From assembly GCF_004010195.1 (NCBI RefSeq), contig NC_057749.1, positions 14,233,142 to 14,297,141 on the forward strand: a DNA stretch of 64,000 bases, in the 5' to 3' direction. Below, in pieces: positions 51,840-63,045 of the stretch. Below the pieces are notes generated by a model, which worked only from the letters and a program-made list of their open reading frames with translations, ran no database searches and was not told the DNA's origin. Numbering within the stretch: position 1 is the first letter of the stretch; each line of letters starts with the position of its first letter. Source of the DNA: Chiloscyllium plagiosum (lineage: Eukaryota). A program made the position numbers and the translations under genes.

Positions 51840-52190
51840 ATGTTACAAATTTGTTCACTGAGCTGGTAGATTTTCTCTCAGACGCTTCGTCACCATGCCA
51901 GGTAACGTCATTGTTGAGCCTCTGGTGAAGCACTGGTGTTCTGTCCCACTTGCTATTTATCTGTCCTGGTTTGTTGTGGTGGATGATATCAGCACCGGAA
52001 GTGATATCACCCACCACAACAAACCGAGATAGATAAATAGCAAGTGGGTCAGAACACAAATGCTTCACCGGAGGCTCACCGATGATGTTACCTAGCATGG
52101 CGACAAAGCGTCTGAGAACAAATCTCCCAGCTCAGCAAGTAAACTTACAACCTGATCCACAACCTGAGCCACAAATCTTCTCCAAAATCC
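51840..52190. mobile_element. Family 4 inverted-repeat PLE-derived element
   Basis: About 51850-51990 and 52002-52145 are reverse complements around a short spacer. Each arm has a degenerate hammerhead (ccgatgatgttacctagcatggcgacaaagcgtc at 52079-52112). Confidence 0.78.
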
Positions 52191-53607
52191 TAACCATTAG
52201 ATTTCTGGGAAATACTGGGTCATGATGTTAGTTTGAATTCGAAGGCAGTTCCTATCAAATCTGAGAAACCATGCATCACACTGGCTTGTAAACCTGTAAA
52301 ATGCATTACCCCACTGCCACAGGTGCAAAGCCAATAAGGTCATTCAAAAGGGTTAGAAGTATTCACTTGGGAAGATGGAGGACAGGGAATTAGATACTTA
52401 AAAGTACAGAGCCACCGTAGCTAATAAAATAAGAAGACGATGCACAATAACCCAACTGGCAGACCACTGTTCTTATTGTTAACTCTTCCGCACACAAGCA
52501 TGTTAAAAGCAGCTTTAATACTGACTTCAATGCAGAAAGATGCAGGTCAGCAAATACTGCATTCAGGCATCTTTGTAGATTGCAATCAAACATGACTAAC
52601 AAAGTAAAACATTCCAAATTGTTTCCTGTCTATATAAATACTACATGGGGATTTAGTAACATGATTCATTACCACAAAACAAAGCCAAGAGTACATCACA
52701 AATTCACCACTGTACAATGGAACTGAAAATGTACTTAACACATTGGCTAGGAATCTCTTTGGTGCTGCACACAAATCTTTACTGTCACTTTATACAAGCA
52801 CGACAGATCATAGTTTAACCATATTTCCAGTAAACTTAGTGGCAGAGTAGGAACAATTCCCTAGAAATTCTCAATCAGAAGCTCCCTTTGTATTATTAAT
52901 TGTGATCTTACACAATATAATTGACCTGTAGTTTTTTTTTGTTAAATTTGAACTACCACCATTTGTAGGACAACAGTTAATGAGCAGGTGCAAACAAAAG
53001 CCATACAGTAAATTTACACCAATGCTAACAAATTCTTTAAAGGATTGCTGGATTTGAATCAGCATAGTCATCAAAAACTAATCAGTTCTTCCTTGGGCCA
53101 TACCCTACCAGGTTTCATTGAAATTTCTGCGTTAGGTTTTGAGATGGTTTGGTTGTCTGGAACAAATAAAAAAAAACAAAGGTACAAAAGGCCTGTTCTG
53201 AATTCAGGCATGATAATCCAGATTAATCTAAATGTTAAAATGGTTCCAAATGTTACATTCACTGGTGACAAAAATATACAATGTAAACTTCAGTCTATGT
53301 TTCAAGACCTTACTACCAATGAGTCTTTATCTTTTGCTAATTTATTAACAGAGAACACTAACCACATAAAAACACAATTGTTATGTACTAATTACTTAAT
53401 CTCTGTTTCAAAACAAACTCAGAATGACCAGTGCCGATACAGTATGTCTCAGAGAGGGTGCAGAGTGTTCTCAAAGGGGAGAGGAACCAGCAGGAGGTCA
53501 CTGTATACATTGGAACCAACAACGTAGGAAGGGAAAAGGAGAGATTCTGAAGGGAGAATGTCGAAAGTTAGGCAGGAATTTAAAAAGGAGGCCCTTGAGG
53601 GTGGTAA

Positions 53608-54398
53608 ACGTGACTACCTGGTCAGGTCCACGCCCCTCTACAACCCACCCTCCCATCCTGGCACCTTCCCCTGCCACTGCAGGAACTGTAGAACCTGCGC
53701 CCACACCTCCTCCCTCACCTCTATCCAAGGCCCTAAAGGAGCCTTCCACATCCAAAGTTTTATCTGCACATCCACTAATATCATTTATTGTATCCGTTGC
53801 TCCCGATGCGGTCTCCTCTACATTGGGGGGACTGGGCGTCTCCTAGCACAGCGCTTTAGGGAACATCTCCGGGACACCTGCACAATCAACCACACCGCCC
53901 CGTGGTCCAACATTTCAACTCCCCCTCCCACTCTGCTGAGGACATGGAGGTCCTGGGCCTCCTTCACCGCCGCTCCCTCACCACCAGACGCTTGGAGGAA
54001 GAACGCCTCATCTTCCACCTCAGAACACTTCAACCCCAGGCATCAATGTGAACTTCAACAGTTTCCTAATTTCTCCTTCCCCCACCTCATCCTAGTTCCA
54101 AACTTCCAGCTCAGCACTGTCCCCATGACTTGTCCGGACTTGTCCTACTTGCCTATCTCAGTTTCCACCTATCCACTCCACCCTCGCCTCCCTGACCCAT
54201 CACCTTCATCCCCTCCCCCACTCACCTATTGTACTCTATGCTACTTTCTTGCCACCCCCACCCTCCTCTAGCTTATCTCTCCACGCTTCAGGCTCTCTGC
54301 CTTTATTCCTGGTGAAGGGCTTTAACCCGAAACATCGATTTAGCTGCTCCTTGGATGCTGCCTGAACTGCTGTGCTCTTCCAGCACCACTAATCCAGA
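53608..54398 (+). mobile_element. Penelope-like element 3' part (Neptune-like: Cys-rich linker plus GIY-YIG endonuclease) with family-1-related terminal repeat
   Basis: GTFPCHCRNCRTC...FICTSTNIIYCIRCSRCGLLYIGGTGRLLAQRFREH; shifted frame RRLEEERLIFHL. Degenerate hammerhead ctggtgaagggctttaacccgaaacatc at about 54309-54336. Confidence 0.9.
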
Positions 54399-55814
54399 TA
54401 TCTAGAATACTCCTGATGCAACAAGCTAGGAGGATAGATCAGATAAATGTGTGGCTAAGGAGCTGGTGCATGGGAGAAGGGTTCACATTTTTGGAACCTC
54501 TTCTGGGGTAGAAGTGACCTGTATAAAAAGGACAGATTGCATCTGAATTGGAAGAGGACTAATATACTGGCAGAGGGATTTGCTAGAGCTACGCAGGAGG
54601 ATTTAAACTAAGTGCGGGGTGGGAGTGGAACATTATCAATCCTCTTCGGTACTTCAAAAAAAAAATCAAGTTCATGAGACATGATTTCCCACACAAAGCC
54701 ATGCTGACCATCCCTAATCAGTCCTTGCCTTTCCAAACATCCTGAGATAGCGAGGAAAGAGATCAATCTGAGACTGTTGCAGTTGGGAAAGGGAACGAGT
54801 CAAACAGTCAGGGCAGGAAGGAACAAAGCAGTGAACAAGGTAGGACCGATAAATTAAACTGCATTTACTTCACTGCAAGAGGCCTAACAGGGAAGGCAAA
54901 TGAACTCATGGCATGGTTAAGAACATGGGACTGATATATCATAGCAATTACAGAAACATGGCTCAGGGATGGACAGGACTGGCAGCTTAATGTTCCAGAA
55001 TACAAATCCTACAGGAAAGATAGAAAGAGGGGGCAAGAGAGGAGGGGGAATAGCATTTTTGATAAGGAATAACATTACAGTTGTAGTTAAGGAGGATATT
55101 CCTGGGAATACATCCAGGGAAGTTATTTGGGTGGAACAGAGAATAAGAAAGGGATGATCACCTTATTGGGATTATATTATAGACCCACTAATAGTCAGTG
55201 GGAAATTCAGAAACAAATTTGTCAGGAGATTTCAGTCATCTGGAAGAATAATAGGGTGGTTATGATAGGGGATTTTAACTTTCCAAACATAGACTGGGAC
55301 TGCCATACTGTTAAGGGTCTAGATGGAGAAGAATTTGTTAAGTGTTTAGAAGAAAACTTTCTTATTCAGTATGTGGACGTACATACTAGATAAGGTGCAA
55401 AACTTGACGTACTCTTGGGAAATAAGGCAGGGCAGGTGACTGAGGTGTCAGTGGGGAAGCACTTTGGGGCCAGCGACCATAATTTGACTAGTTTTAAAAC
55501 AGTGATGGAAAAGGATAGACTAGATCTAAAAATTGAATTTCTACAATGGAGGAAAGCTAATTTTGACATTATTAGGCAAAAACTTTCAAAAGCTGATTGG
55601 GTGCAGATGTTTGCAGGTAAAGAGATGCCTGGAAAATGGGAAACCTTGAGAAATGAGATAATGAGAGTGCAGAGACAGTATATTTCCATTAGGGTGAAAG
55701 TAAAGGCTGGCAGATGTAAGGAATGCTGGATGACCAGAGAAATTGAGGTTTTGTTAAGAAAAAGAAGGAAGCATATGTCAGGTATAGAGAGGAGAGATCA
55801 AGTGAATCTTTAGA

Positions 55815-56448
55815 TTAGCCTGAACTAGGCCAGACTAATCAAAACATCCTTGAGCAGGCTATCCAGACCATAACTTTCCAATTTGTTTCAGTAAGTGTAC
55901 AGTCAGAATTACCTGGAGTAAGCTAGCTAGATTGACTACGAGGTTTTAAAACAGACAGAAATTTATTCACAAAATTACACAATGAAACACAAAGAACAGA
56001 ATAAAGAACCCCGACATAACTCAGTCTATCCAAACTAGACTTAATTATGCTGTTCTGAATATACACAACAGTCCCAGTAAGCAAACCCCCTTAAAACCCT
56101 GTATAAATGGAACAGATGCTTACAGGTTGAAGTTAGAAGGGCAGCAGGAGAGATTGAGTTTCCAAACAGCTCACTGTTGAACTCCCAACCAGTTCTGAAT
56201 TGAACTGCTCAACTAGAGAGCTGACCACTCCCCTTTCATTATACAGGTTACTTCTAAAACATGACCACTTTGGCCTGAAGTCTCATCTGTTTACATATAA
56301 ACAAAAGGCCTCAAAATCCTTTTCATCTCTGTGCCAAACTAGTCTAATTGGAGCCCGCCCCATTTACAATCCCTCTGAAAGAAATCAAGGACACAGTATC
56401 CTTGAGAAAAGGAACAGCTTTTAGAAAAAAGGAACCAGCTTTGTGACA
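55815..56448 (-). mobile_element. Unclassified, LTR-like insertion within CR1 ORF2
   Basis: CR1 similarity stops at about 55814 and resumes at about 56448. The insert is non-coding, its minus strand begins TGTCACA, and it has a minus-strand AATAAA near 55962. Confidence 0.45.
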
Positions 56449-57472
56449 CTATAGACCAGTGAGTCTGACATCGGTGGTGGGCAAGTTGTTGGAGGGAATC
56501 CTGAGGGACAAGATGTACATGTATTTGGAAAGGCAAGGACTGATTAGGGACAGTCAGTACGGCTTTGTTCATGTCTCATGAACTTAATTGATTTTTTTTG
56601 AAGTAACAAAGAGGATTGATAAGGGCAGAGCGGTGGATTTGATCTATATGGACTTCAGTAAGGCATTCGACAAGGTTCCCCATGGGAGATGAGCTAGCAA
56701 GGTTAGATCTCATGGAATACAGGGAGAACTAGCCACTCAGATACAAGCTCGAAATAGAAGTCAGAGGGTGGTGGTGGATGGTTGCTTTCCAGACTAGAGG
56801 CCTGTGACCAGTGGAGTGCCACTAGGTTTGGTGCTGAGTTCACTACATTTCATAATTTATGTAAATGATTTGGATGCAAACATAGGAGTTATAGTTAGTA
56901 AGTTTGCAGAGAGCTGCCAGAGGAAGTGGTGGAGGCTGGTACAGTTGCATTTAAAAGATATCTGGATGAGTGTATGAATAGGAAGCGTTTGGAGGGATAT
57001 GAGCCAAGTGTAGTGGACAGCAAAGAAGGTTACCTCAGATTACAATGGGACCATGATCAGATGGGCCATTGGGCTGAGGAGTGGCAGATGGAGTTTAATT
57101 TAGATAAATGTGAGGTGCTGCAGTTTGGAAAAGCAAATCTTAGCAGGAGTTAAGGTCCTGGGGAGTGTTGCTCAATGAAAGAACCTTGGAGTGCAGATTC
57201 ATAGTTCCTTGAAAGTAGAATCTCAGGTAGATAGGATAGTGAAGAAGGCATTTAGTTTGCTGTTCTTTATTGGTCAGCATATTGAGTATAGGAGTTGGGA
57301 GGTCATGTTGCAGCTGTACAGGACATTGGTTATGCCGCTTTTGGAATATTCCGTGCAATTTTGGTCTCCTTCCTATCAGAAAGATGTTGTGATAGGGACT
57401 AGATTGAGTGGAGATATCTGGTCAGCATGGACGAGTTGGACTGAAGGGTCTCTTGACTCTATGAGGCTAGTT

Positions 57473-57792
57473 GGGGCGGCACGGTAGCTCAGTGGTTAGC
57501 ACTGCTACCTCACAGCACCAGGGTCCCAGGTTCAATTCCAGCCTCGGGCAACTGTCTGTATGGAGTTTGCACGTTCTCCCCGTTCTGCGTGGGCTTTCTC
57601 TGGGTGCTCCAGTTTCCTCCCACAATCCAAAGATGTGCAGGTCAGGGAATTGGCCATGCTAAATTGTCCATAGTGTTAGGTGCATTAGTCAGAGGGAAAT
57701 GGGTCTGAGTGGGTTACTCTTTGGAGGGTCGGTGTGGACTGCTTGGGCTGAAGGGCCTGTTTCTACACTGTAAGGAATCTAATCTAATCTAA
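57473..57792 (+). mobile_element. Full-length HE1/V-SINE-like tRNA-derived SINE
   Basis: A box tagctcagtggttag, B box ggttcaattcc, core tggagtttgcacgttctcccc, tail gggctgaagggcctgtttctacactgt and (aatct)3. Confidence 0.88.
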
Positions 57793-58843
57793 TTTGTTAA
57801 AGCTATCAAAATATTAACAGTTTCTAATGCAGGTTGGTGGACGTGAATTGCCCTAAAGCCTACCCCAGTGAGACAGAAGATCTGAATAAATATACAGCTT
57901 TTCAACTTTGTAGTTACCAAGGCAGAACAAAGCTTCAAGGAAGAGTAATGACAAGAAACATTTAATGAACACAATATGGTGGATATATGAGCCCTGTAAA
58001 GTGTCCTCTTCACTGATTAATGATTTTTTTTTGTCTGTTATATGATGCACTGTTTGTATAGTAGCACATATTGTTTAACATGTTTTGCTTCCAGCATTAT
58101 GCTCAAGCACAATTTTTTTTAAAATGAGAAGATCCTATAAAAAGTAAATACAACTTTTCTCATATTGTTACTACCAGAACCCAAATTAGATTCCGCAAGT
58201 TATTTGTTTCAGACAGAATACCCCAAATTGTCAAGCTCCCAGGTAAACAGAGATGAACTAGCTTTCCTTTTGATTCACCTGCCCCCTTTCTGGTCACTAC
58301 AAAAGATTCTGCTCCCAAAGGATACCTTTCTTCCAGGCCAAACAAAGTTTGGTATTAAAAGGAACCAATTTGACCAGGCTTTCTTGAAATAAAAGTTTGA
58401 GAAGAAATAATAACACATACACACAGATTAGAAATGAGAAGTAAATTAAACCTAATAAAGTTAAGAGAGTGTCTCTGAATCATTTGTGAAAAGCAGACTT
58501 TGAGAGTTAAGCAATCCATTTTGAGATCCTTGGCTTGGCCGGTTAGTTGAAATCCTGTTTCCTTTTGATGGTAGTTGGCTGGTAGCACAGAAACAAAAGT
58601 GTCCTTCTGTTGCTCTGTTTCTCTTTTGACCGGTTTGGTGGTCAGATGACTGCTTCTAGTTCACAGAGTAAAAGAATCCTATACCTGCAACACAACGTTG
58701 CCTAGTGAATGGTTCTTCAACTGGGACTTCACAGCACATGAGTGTTCAAGGCCAGGTTACTGTATATGAGTACCATAGTTCATTGACATACACACACACA
58801 TTAAGGTTGCTGTGGTTCTGTTCGCCGAGCTGGAAGTTTTTGT

Positions 58844-58884
58844 TGCAAACGTTTCGTCCCCTGGCTAGGCGACATCATCAGTGC
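58844..58884 (-). ncRNA. Minimal hammerhead ribozyme motif, intact core
   Basis: Minus strand GCA-CTGATGA-T-GTCGCCT-AGCC-AGGGGAC-GAAACGTT-TGC: helix I GCA/TGC, helix II with one mismatch, ACGT palindrome, GUU triplet. Confidence 0.72.
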
Positions 58885-58989
58885 TTGGGAGCCTCCTGCG
58901 AAGCGCTTCTTTGATGTTTCCTCCGGTGTTTATAGTGGTCTGTCCCTGCCGCTTAAACATCAAAGAAGCGCTTCGCAGGAGGCTCCCAA

Positions 58990-59029
58990 GCACTGATGAT
59001 GCCGCCTAGCCAGGGGACGAAACGTTTGC
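58990..59029 (+). ncRNA. Minimal hammerhead ribozyme motif
   Basis: CTGATGA at 58993-58999, then gccgcctagccaggggac, GAAACGTT, TGC. Confidence 0.68.
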
Positions 59030-59787
59030 AACAAAAACTTCCAACTCGGCGAACAGAACCACAACAACGAGCACCCGAGCTACAAATCTTCACACAAACT
59101 TNNNNNNNNNNNNNNNNNNNNNNNNNNNNNNNNNNNNNNNNNNNNNNNNNNNNNNNNNNNNNNNNNNNNNNNNNNNNNNNNNNNNNNNNNNNNNNNNNNN
59201 NNNNNNNNNNNNNNNNNNNNNNNNNNNNNNNNNNNNNNNNNNNNNNNNNNNNNNNNNNNNNNNNNNNNNNNNNNNNNNNNNNNNNNNNNNNNNNNNNNNN
59301 NNNNNNNNNNNNNNNNNNNNNNNNNNNNNNNNNNNNNNNNNNNNNNNNNNNNNNNNNNNNNNNNNNNNNNNNNNNNNNNNNNNNNNNNNNNNNNNNNNNN
59401 NNNNNNNNNNNNNNNNNNNNNNNNNNNNNNNNNNNNNNNNNNNNNNNNNNNNNNNNNNNNNNNNNNNNNNNNNNNNNNNNNNNNNNNNNNNNNNNNNNNN
59501 NNNNNNNNNNNNNNNNNNNNNNNNNNNNNNNNNNNNNNNNNNNNNNNNNNNNNNNNNNNNNNACTGGGGCAACACTACTATCATAGGGCAAGCCAGACAG
59601 AGAACAGCCAGGGAATTCCTAGAGGCATGGCATTCATCCACAAATTCCATCAACAAACACATCGACCTGGACCCAATATACCAACCACTACAGTGGACAG
59701 CTGAAACTGACAACCGGAAGCGGCAGGGACAGACCACTATAAACACCAGAGGAAACATCAAAGAAGCGCTTCGCAGGAGGCTCCCAA

Positions 59788-59827
59788 GCACTGATGATGT
59801 CGCCTAGCCAGGGGATGAAACGTTTGC
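59788..59827 (+). ncRNA. Minimal hammerhead ribozyme motif
   Basis: CTGATGA at 59791-59797, stem gtcgcctagccaggggat, GAAA at 59817-59820, then CGTT and TGC. Confidence 0.68.
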
Positions 59828-62800
59828 AACAAAAACTTCCAGCTCGGCGAACAGAACCACAGCAACGAGCACCCGAGCTACAAATCTTCGCACAAACTTT
59901 GAACATTAAGGTTGAATGGCTCTGAATCCTTTATTTGGATATTCTTTAAAGGAGAAGACAAAATCTTTCTCTCTGTCATTTCTCCTATCATGCTACAGTC
60001 TGAGCTAACTGCCAGGAGATTAGAGTTCAGTTTGTAGTACATTTCTGCTTTTTAAGTCTGTCCCTTTGAGGATTCCCTAATATTTCATCAGGCATGATAT
60101 TCCAGGGTCTCCCTACCTGGTCAACCACTAAATTTATATCCAGAATAATCTTTTGACAGTGAGTTTCTCAAATGTTATAATTAAACTTTAAAAAATGTCT
60201 GTAGGAACTTTAAGGATCCTCCAGCCTCACAACCGTACACACTATGTTAGAGAGATTAGACAGAATGTAGGTCAAGTAGTCTAAGTCTAAGAAAAGAACA
60301 GAAAAAGAAGGATACAGTGACAAGGTTAGAAATAGGGTCGGGAGAAGTTACCATGGAACATAAGTATCGGTATAGACCAGTGGGCCAAAAGATCTGTTTC
60401 TTCTTGTAAGCTCTCTAATTCATTACAAATATGCAGTCGTTGAGTCTAACAGTTTTAATCACTATGGCAGTCTTGTTGCACCAATTAACACAACTTTGCG
60501 TTTAATTAGATGTTCCATCCTATAAAACTCCTTTTGCATAATATACTATTAATCTGCCATCACTTTCATCATAACAACGTCTAATGCTCTATATCCGCAT
60601 GCTCCTCAAGATTCATTTGCATGCACAAAGTACATTCTATTGGGGTCAGACTGCAAAAGACATAATTTCTCAAAATCTCAATTTTGTGTAGATTCAGGCT
60701 TGTAAATTTGTAAATTTAATTACATAAGGCACATTATTAGAAGGAATATTTTTTCCAAATCAGAACTCTGATTTTCTCTGTTGTAGCATTAGAAGTTTTA
60801 GAAATTATAATCAAAATATCACTGTTGAACAAGAGGATTAGTTTTTAACACTCCACATGAATACATCACAATGAAACATCTGCATTCAGGGACCCTCCCC
60901 AGAACAGGGAGAAGAGTGCTCTATTGTAACTTGTAAACATAAACAAAGAAAGCTCTAATCATGCTTGTCCCTTGTTTGAAAGGAGCAAAGAGAGATTGGA
61001 TACACCAAATAATCAGTGTATTTGATATGAATCTTTACATATAAATATACAGGGGTCATGTTACTCAGTGCTCCCATTAGGGAGAGGTTAAGGTCATTGC
61101 AAGCATGCATTTCCTGTCTACATCCTTTCATTAAGGCACGATCTCTATGCCATCACAATTAGGCTAAGTGTGAATGTAAGCATCAGGATGAGTAATTTAG
61201 GTCAGTGCTCAGTCAGCACAGCTGTTGCTATCATTAGTTATACAAGTTAAGGAAATTGGTATAATATCACTAAGTTTTTCTCAAAGCTCCCCACATGCAC
61301 ACACCATCTCCTGCAGTAGAAGAAAGATTAAAAGCAGCTATTCTTACTTTCAGGTAAATGATCAAGATGAAAACACATTCAGGTAAGAGAGAGATTTGTA
61401 GGAATAGGCACAAGTCTACAGAACATGATGTTGTCAAGTGAACAGGTGAGCTACCTGAAATGTCTTCTGGCCAATTGGACTGATGCACATTCTAATGAGA
61501 AATCACCAGCAGCAATATGGAATCCTTTAAAAAAGCCAGCTGGCAAAGGCTTCGTTTTGCATATCATATTCATACCTGACCCATCGAACTTCATCAGTTT
61601 TTCACTGCTAATGACTGAAGTAGTCTACCGTGGCAGTAATTAAGTCACTGGCACATTTATTTTTCATGCCAGTTTTTTTCAATTATATGGAAGAGAGTAT
61701 TGGGCTGAGATAATCAAATACATTACACAACTTCAATGCACTTATCACACATGCAATGAGTTTCAAATGACTATGAATGTCACATCACACAAGTGTTTTA
61801 AAATTAGATCGTGATGCCATTTTTATAAATTCTTCCATCTGTCAGCAAAAACAAAGTAATATTCTCCCTTAATGAGTAGAGAATAGAAAACTCAAGCGAG
61901 AAAGGTCACCAGCTGAATAACATTGAGATTTTAGAAATTAATGGAAACTTTTGTGTATGTTCAGGAGTTAAAACAGGGAGTTCTGTCAGCTTAAAACTGC
62001 AAGAACAAAGCTCAGGGGTCATTCCCAAATTCATGCATCAAGTTGCAACACAGCTGTTTTTTTCCAACATGCTATCTACAGGGTTACAATTCAGTAATGT
62101 CTCAATGGTTTAGAGTTAAGCTAAATGAGAAAATTCTGTGCAGCAAGTTAAAACAAGGTTTTAATAAAAATAAATGCCCATGGAGTATATATTACAATCA
62201 TCATATTAGGTGATAGAGAGCTTGTTACATGTTGAGGGGAAATATCCATTAACTGTACTATAACCAGATGCTTAACATTTATAACATTGAAATCAATTTA
62301 AAAACAATTACTTGTTAGATTATTATTTTATCCCAAAGGTTCGTAAAAGAAAAGTTACTGCTGGTATGAAACAGAAAACATAATCATGTTTGCATGAACT
62401 ATTTCTGTAATACACACTGTTCTCTGATTCTCTGGCCCACTGGTTCTCTGAAATGTCCAATTTAGTCTCATTTCTCCAGTACCTTGCAAATTAGTCTTCA
62501 ACTATGTCTGTTTCCATTTTACAGGTTGCTATGGAGTTTGCATGCATCACTCTTTCAGGTAGTGTCTTTCTGATCTTAACAACACTACGACAAAGAAGTG
62601 TTCAATTCCCCTTGATTATCCTCATTGAATTATTCAATATATCATTACATCTGCCGTACTGGTTACAAACCCACTTTGTAAGGTAACACTTTCTCCCTAT
62701 TTGCTCTATTCAAGTATCTCATTTTTGACTACATGCATAATTAGATCTCCATTTAGCTTTGCACACTATAAGGAGAACAATTTCAGCTTCTTCAATCACT

Positions 62801-62884
62801 CAGTCTTGATGGTATAAAAGGCTTTGTCATAACTTTTCATAATGCGCTGCCTAGAATTGCACACAAATGTCTAGTTAGGCATCA

Positions 62885-63045
62885 CCAGAGGAAATGATGT
62901 CACCACAGGAAATTACATCACCAACCCAAGGAAATCCAGACACATAAATAGAAAGTAGGCTATACCACCAGCCATCAGTGCTTCATCCGAAGGCTCACTG
63001 AAGATGTTACCTAGTATGATGATGAAACGTCTGAAAACAAACAAA
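62885..63045 (+). mobile_element. Family 4 PLE terminal-repeat fragment with hammerhead motif
   Basis: Similar to 51993-52120. tca-CTGAAGA (62998-63004)-tgttacctagtatgatgat-GAAACGTC (63024-63031)-tga. Confidence 0.7.

Larger units (their letters stand above)
53440..57462 (+). mobile_element. Long decayed CR1 LINE (ORF1 esterase-like part, ORF2 endonuclease and RT, tail) with nested insertions
   Basis: IGTNNVG-like ORF1 remnant; KRGGGIAFLI, GLYYRP, VMIGDFNFPNIDW, GASDHN; YRPVSLT, IYMDFSKAFDKVPH; tail at about 57400-57462. Many stops and frameshifts. Confidence 0.88.
58798..59914 (+). mobile_element. Young Penelope-like element: inverted 5' terminal repeat, two direct repeats, GIY-YIG C-terminus, 12-bp TSD
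   Basis: ACATTAAGGTTG at 58798-58809 and 59903-59914. Minus copy about 58807-58954; plus copies about 58956-59101 and 59715-59900. 59565-59697 encodes WGNTTIIGQARQRTAREFLEAWHSSTNSINKHIDLDPIYQPL. Confidence 0.9.

Noticed and set aside
57473..57545. tRNA gene
   Set aside because: The A and B boxes belong to a SINE head that continues into a repeat body and tail; several copies occur in the window.
58165..60232. Possible long solo LTR (TGTTAC...TCACA) hosting the Penelope insertion
   Set aside because: No TSD and no second copy in the window; the boundaries are unsupported.
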